The notes under the pieces: model-generated
Seen by the model: only the letters and a program-made list of their open reading frames with translations
The model's database searches: none
Told to the model about the DNA's origin: nothing
Source: an uncultured bacterium
Lineage (GTDB): Bacteria > Verrucomicrobiota > Verrucomicrobiia > Limisphaerales > UBA8199
Assembly: GCA_963749495.1 (NCBI GenBank)
Contig: CAVVMW010000024.1
Coordinates: 160,001-224,000 of the forward strand
Direction of reading: 5' to 3'
DNA length: 64,000 bases
Part shown: positions 61,327-64,000 of the stretch, piece after piece
Numbering within the stretch: position 1 is the stretch's first letter
Layout: every line of letters begins with the position of its first letter
Program-made: the position numbers and the translations under genes

Positions 61327-64000
61327 ATGAAAGCCGACCTCCTGACCTCCGCCCACCGCGCCACGCTCCTCTGCTGCCTCCTGCTCTCGAGCCTGGCCGC
61401 CCGGCCCGCCTCCGCCGCGGACCCGCTCGAACAAGGCTTCGCCACGCCGCCGGCGCAGGCGCGGCCGTGGGTCTATTGGTTCTGGCTCAATGGCAACATC
61501 TCCAGCAACGGCATCACGACCGACCTCGAAGCCATGCGCCGGGTCGGCATCGGCGGCGTGCTCATCATGGAGGTGGACCAAGGCGCCCCGGTCGGCCCGG
61601 CCGATTTCATGGGCCCCTCGTGGCGCGCCCTCTTCCAGCACGTCGCGAGCGAGGCCGGCCGCCTCGGGCTGGAAGTCAACATGAACAACGACGCGGGTTG
61701 GAACGGCAGCGGCGGTCCCTGGATCAAGCCCGAGCAATCCATGCAGAAGGTCGTCTTCACCGAGACGAACCTGGCCGGCCCCAGCCATTTCGATGGCGCC
61801 TTGCCCCAGCCGGAGACCGTCGCCGGCTTCTACCGCGACCTCGCGCTTGTGGCGTTTCCCACGCCGGGGAACTACCGGATTGCGCGCATTGACGCCAAGG
61901 CGGCCTACAAGACCGAGTTCATCGGCGGCATCCCCCGCGACAAATTGGCCTCCGAAATGGTCATCGAGCGCAGCCGCACGCTGACCTTGACTCCTCAACC
62001 GGATGCCCCGGGCCGCCTGGCTTGGGACGTGCCGCCCGGCCGCTGGACCGTCCTGCGCATCGGGCACACCAGCACCGGCGTCGAGAACGCCCCCGCGCCG
62101 AAGACCGGGCGCGGACTCGAATGCGACAAGCTCAGCCCCCAAGGCATCGAGGCCAATTTCGCCGGCATGATGGCCAGGTTGGCTGATGAGAACCGGGCCG
62201 GCGCCAAAGGCGGGCTGGTCGCCACGCACATTGACAGTTGGGAGAACGGTTCCCAGAACTGGACGCCCCGGATGCGCGAGGAATTTCAAAAGCGGCGTGG
62301 CTATGACCTTTGGCCGTTCCTGCCGGTCTTCAGCGGACGGGTGGTTGAGAGCCTGGAGGTCTCCGAGCGGTTCCTGTGGGACTTGCGCCAGACCGTATCG
62401 GAGTTGGTGATCGAGAATTACGCCGGGCGCATGCGCGAGTTGGCGCGGGCGCACTCGATGCGCTTCACGGTCGAGGCCTACGGCGGCCCCTGCGACGACA
62501 TCCCTTACGGCGGCCGCGCCGACGAGCCGATGGGCGAGTTCTGGAGCCCGAGCGGCGCGATGGAGACCTGCAAAGGGATGGCCGGCTGCGGCCACGTCTA
62601 TGGCAAGCGCATCGTCGGCGCCGAGGCATTCACCGCCGGCGACCAGGAGCGCTGGCGCGAGCATCCCGCCGCCATCAAGGCCCTGGGCGACCACGCCTTT
62701 TGCGAAGGCATCAACCGCTTTGTCTTTCATCGCTACGCCCTCCAGCCCTGGCCCCAGGAGCGGCGCCCCGGCATGACCATGGGGCCCTGGGGACAGCATT
62801 ATGAACGCACCGAAACCTGGTGGGATGAGACCCCCGCCTGGCACCAATACCTGGCGCGCTGCCAGTTCCTCCTCCGGCAGGGCCTCTACGCGGCGGACAT
62901 CTGCTACCTGCAGGCCGAAGCCCCGCCCCAGGGCTTCGGCGAGCATCCCCGCCGCGGCTATGACTGGGACGAGTGCGGCGCCGAGGTTGTCCTGACCCGA
63001 ATGTCGGTCAAAGAGGGCCGTTTGGTTCTGCCTGACGGCATGAGTTACCGCGTCCTGGTCCTGCCCCAAACCCCGACGATGACCCCGCCGTTGCTGCGGA
63101 AGATTGGGGACCTTGTCCAGGCCGGCGCCACCGTCATCGGCGCACCGCCTGTCCATTCCCCCAGCCTCAGCGGCTTCCCCCAATGCGATGAGCAGGTTAA
63201 AGAGCTCGCCTCCCAAATCTGGGGCGATTGCGACGGGAACGAAGTCACCGAGCGGCGCTTGGGCATGGGACGAGTCGTCTGGCAGGCCGAACCGGAGAAG
63301 GTCCTGCGCCAGTCCGGCGTTTCACCGGACTTGGTCAGCGGCCAGCCTCTGCGCCACATCCATCGCGCCCTGGGCGGCGCCGACCTCTATTTCGTGGCCA
63401 ACCCAGCGCCGCGCCGCGTGGCCACGACGGCGAGCTTCCGCATGAGCGGCAAGGCCCCCGAGTTGTGGTGGCCGGAGAGCGGCCTGCGGGAACCCGCCCC
63501 GATTTACCAGGAACGTGACGGCCTCACGACGGTCTGCCTCACCCTGGAGCCCAGCGGCTCGGTGTTTGTCATCTTCCGCAACCGGGCGGCCCGGTCGCAG
63601 CCCATTGAGAGCCTGGCCCGAGATGGCAAGCCGCTCTTCTCGGCTGTGCCCGAGCCCCTCCTCGAGTCCAGGTCCTCCGCGCCTCCTACGGCGTGCCCAA
63701 CGACCCCCAGCGCACCCGCGACGTGCGCGAAAAGGTCCAGCGCCTCCTCGAAGCCGGCGAATCCAGCTTCCGCGTCTCCGTCATGGCCGAGGGCGATGAC
63801 CCCGCGCCCAACGCACCCAAGACCCTCACGGCAGACTACTCCATCGACGGCAAGCAGTTCTCCGTCAAGGCCCAGGACGCGAGCATCATCCATTTCACGC
63901 CGGACACCTTGAAAATCACCGTCCAAAAGGCACGCTACGGCGTGCTCACCGACCCCCAGCGCACCCGCAACGTGCGGGACCGTGTCCAACGCCTGGTCGA
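61327..64000 (+). CDS. GH106-family (alpha-L-rhamnosidase-like) glycoside hydrolase; apparent frameshift ~63668; truncated by window end
   Basis: Signal peptide; ARPWVYWFWLNGN, GWNGSGGPW, HIDSWE, PMGEFW, AEAFT; continues as VQVLRASYGV...RDV repeats in another frame. Confidence 0.88.

Overview
This GC-rich bacterial window most resembles a Verrucomicrobiota (Pedosphaera/Limisphaera-like) genome. That assignment is inferred from the DUF1559-type prepilin-like genes, the Ig-domain proteins with RFYR-type C-termini and the rplM-rpsI-argC order. About nine single-base frameshifts in otherwise intact genes suggest a long-read assembly. The main finding is a pair of tandem exported-protein genes (18057-20327 and 20498-22297), each split by an in-frame TGA in the same context, F-x-F-G-[TGA]-G-x-x-C-x-x-S-W-R. 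In both, a 6-bp hairpin with the identical loop ATGGC and compensatory stem changes starts exactly 14 nt after the TGA. This is the signature of a bacterial SECIS and points to a probable unannotated U-x-x-x-C selenoprotein family. A large exported protein ending in a cysteine-less thioredoxin-like domain follows them. The window also holds a nine-gene lipid-type biosynthetic cluster (UbiA, OYE, ACP, SPT/BioF-like, DAGK-like, ThiL-like, FabF, SDR, radical SAM) and a mutL whose linker is built from in-frame heptamer arrays. Three mini-genes appear internally deleted: a sensor kinase, a C-protein-like gene next to an orphan DNA methyltransferase, and a RelE/ParE toxin. Housekeeping genes (rluD, lspA, rplM, rpsI, argC), GH29/GH116/GH106 glycosidases and a URO-D/APC/DegT/Hyi/MttB catabolic locus are also present. 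Intergenic space is crowded with heptamer tandem repeats and REP/REPIN-like palindromes. No rRNA, tRNA, CRISPR array or transposase was seen.
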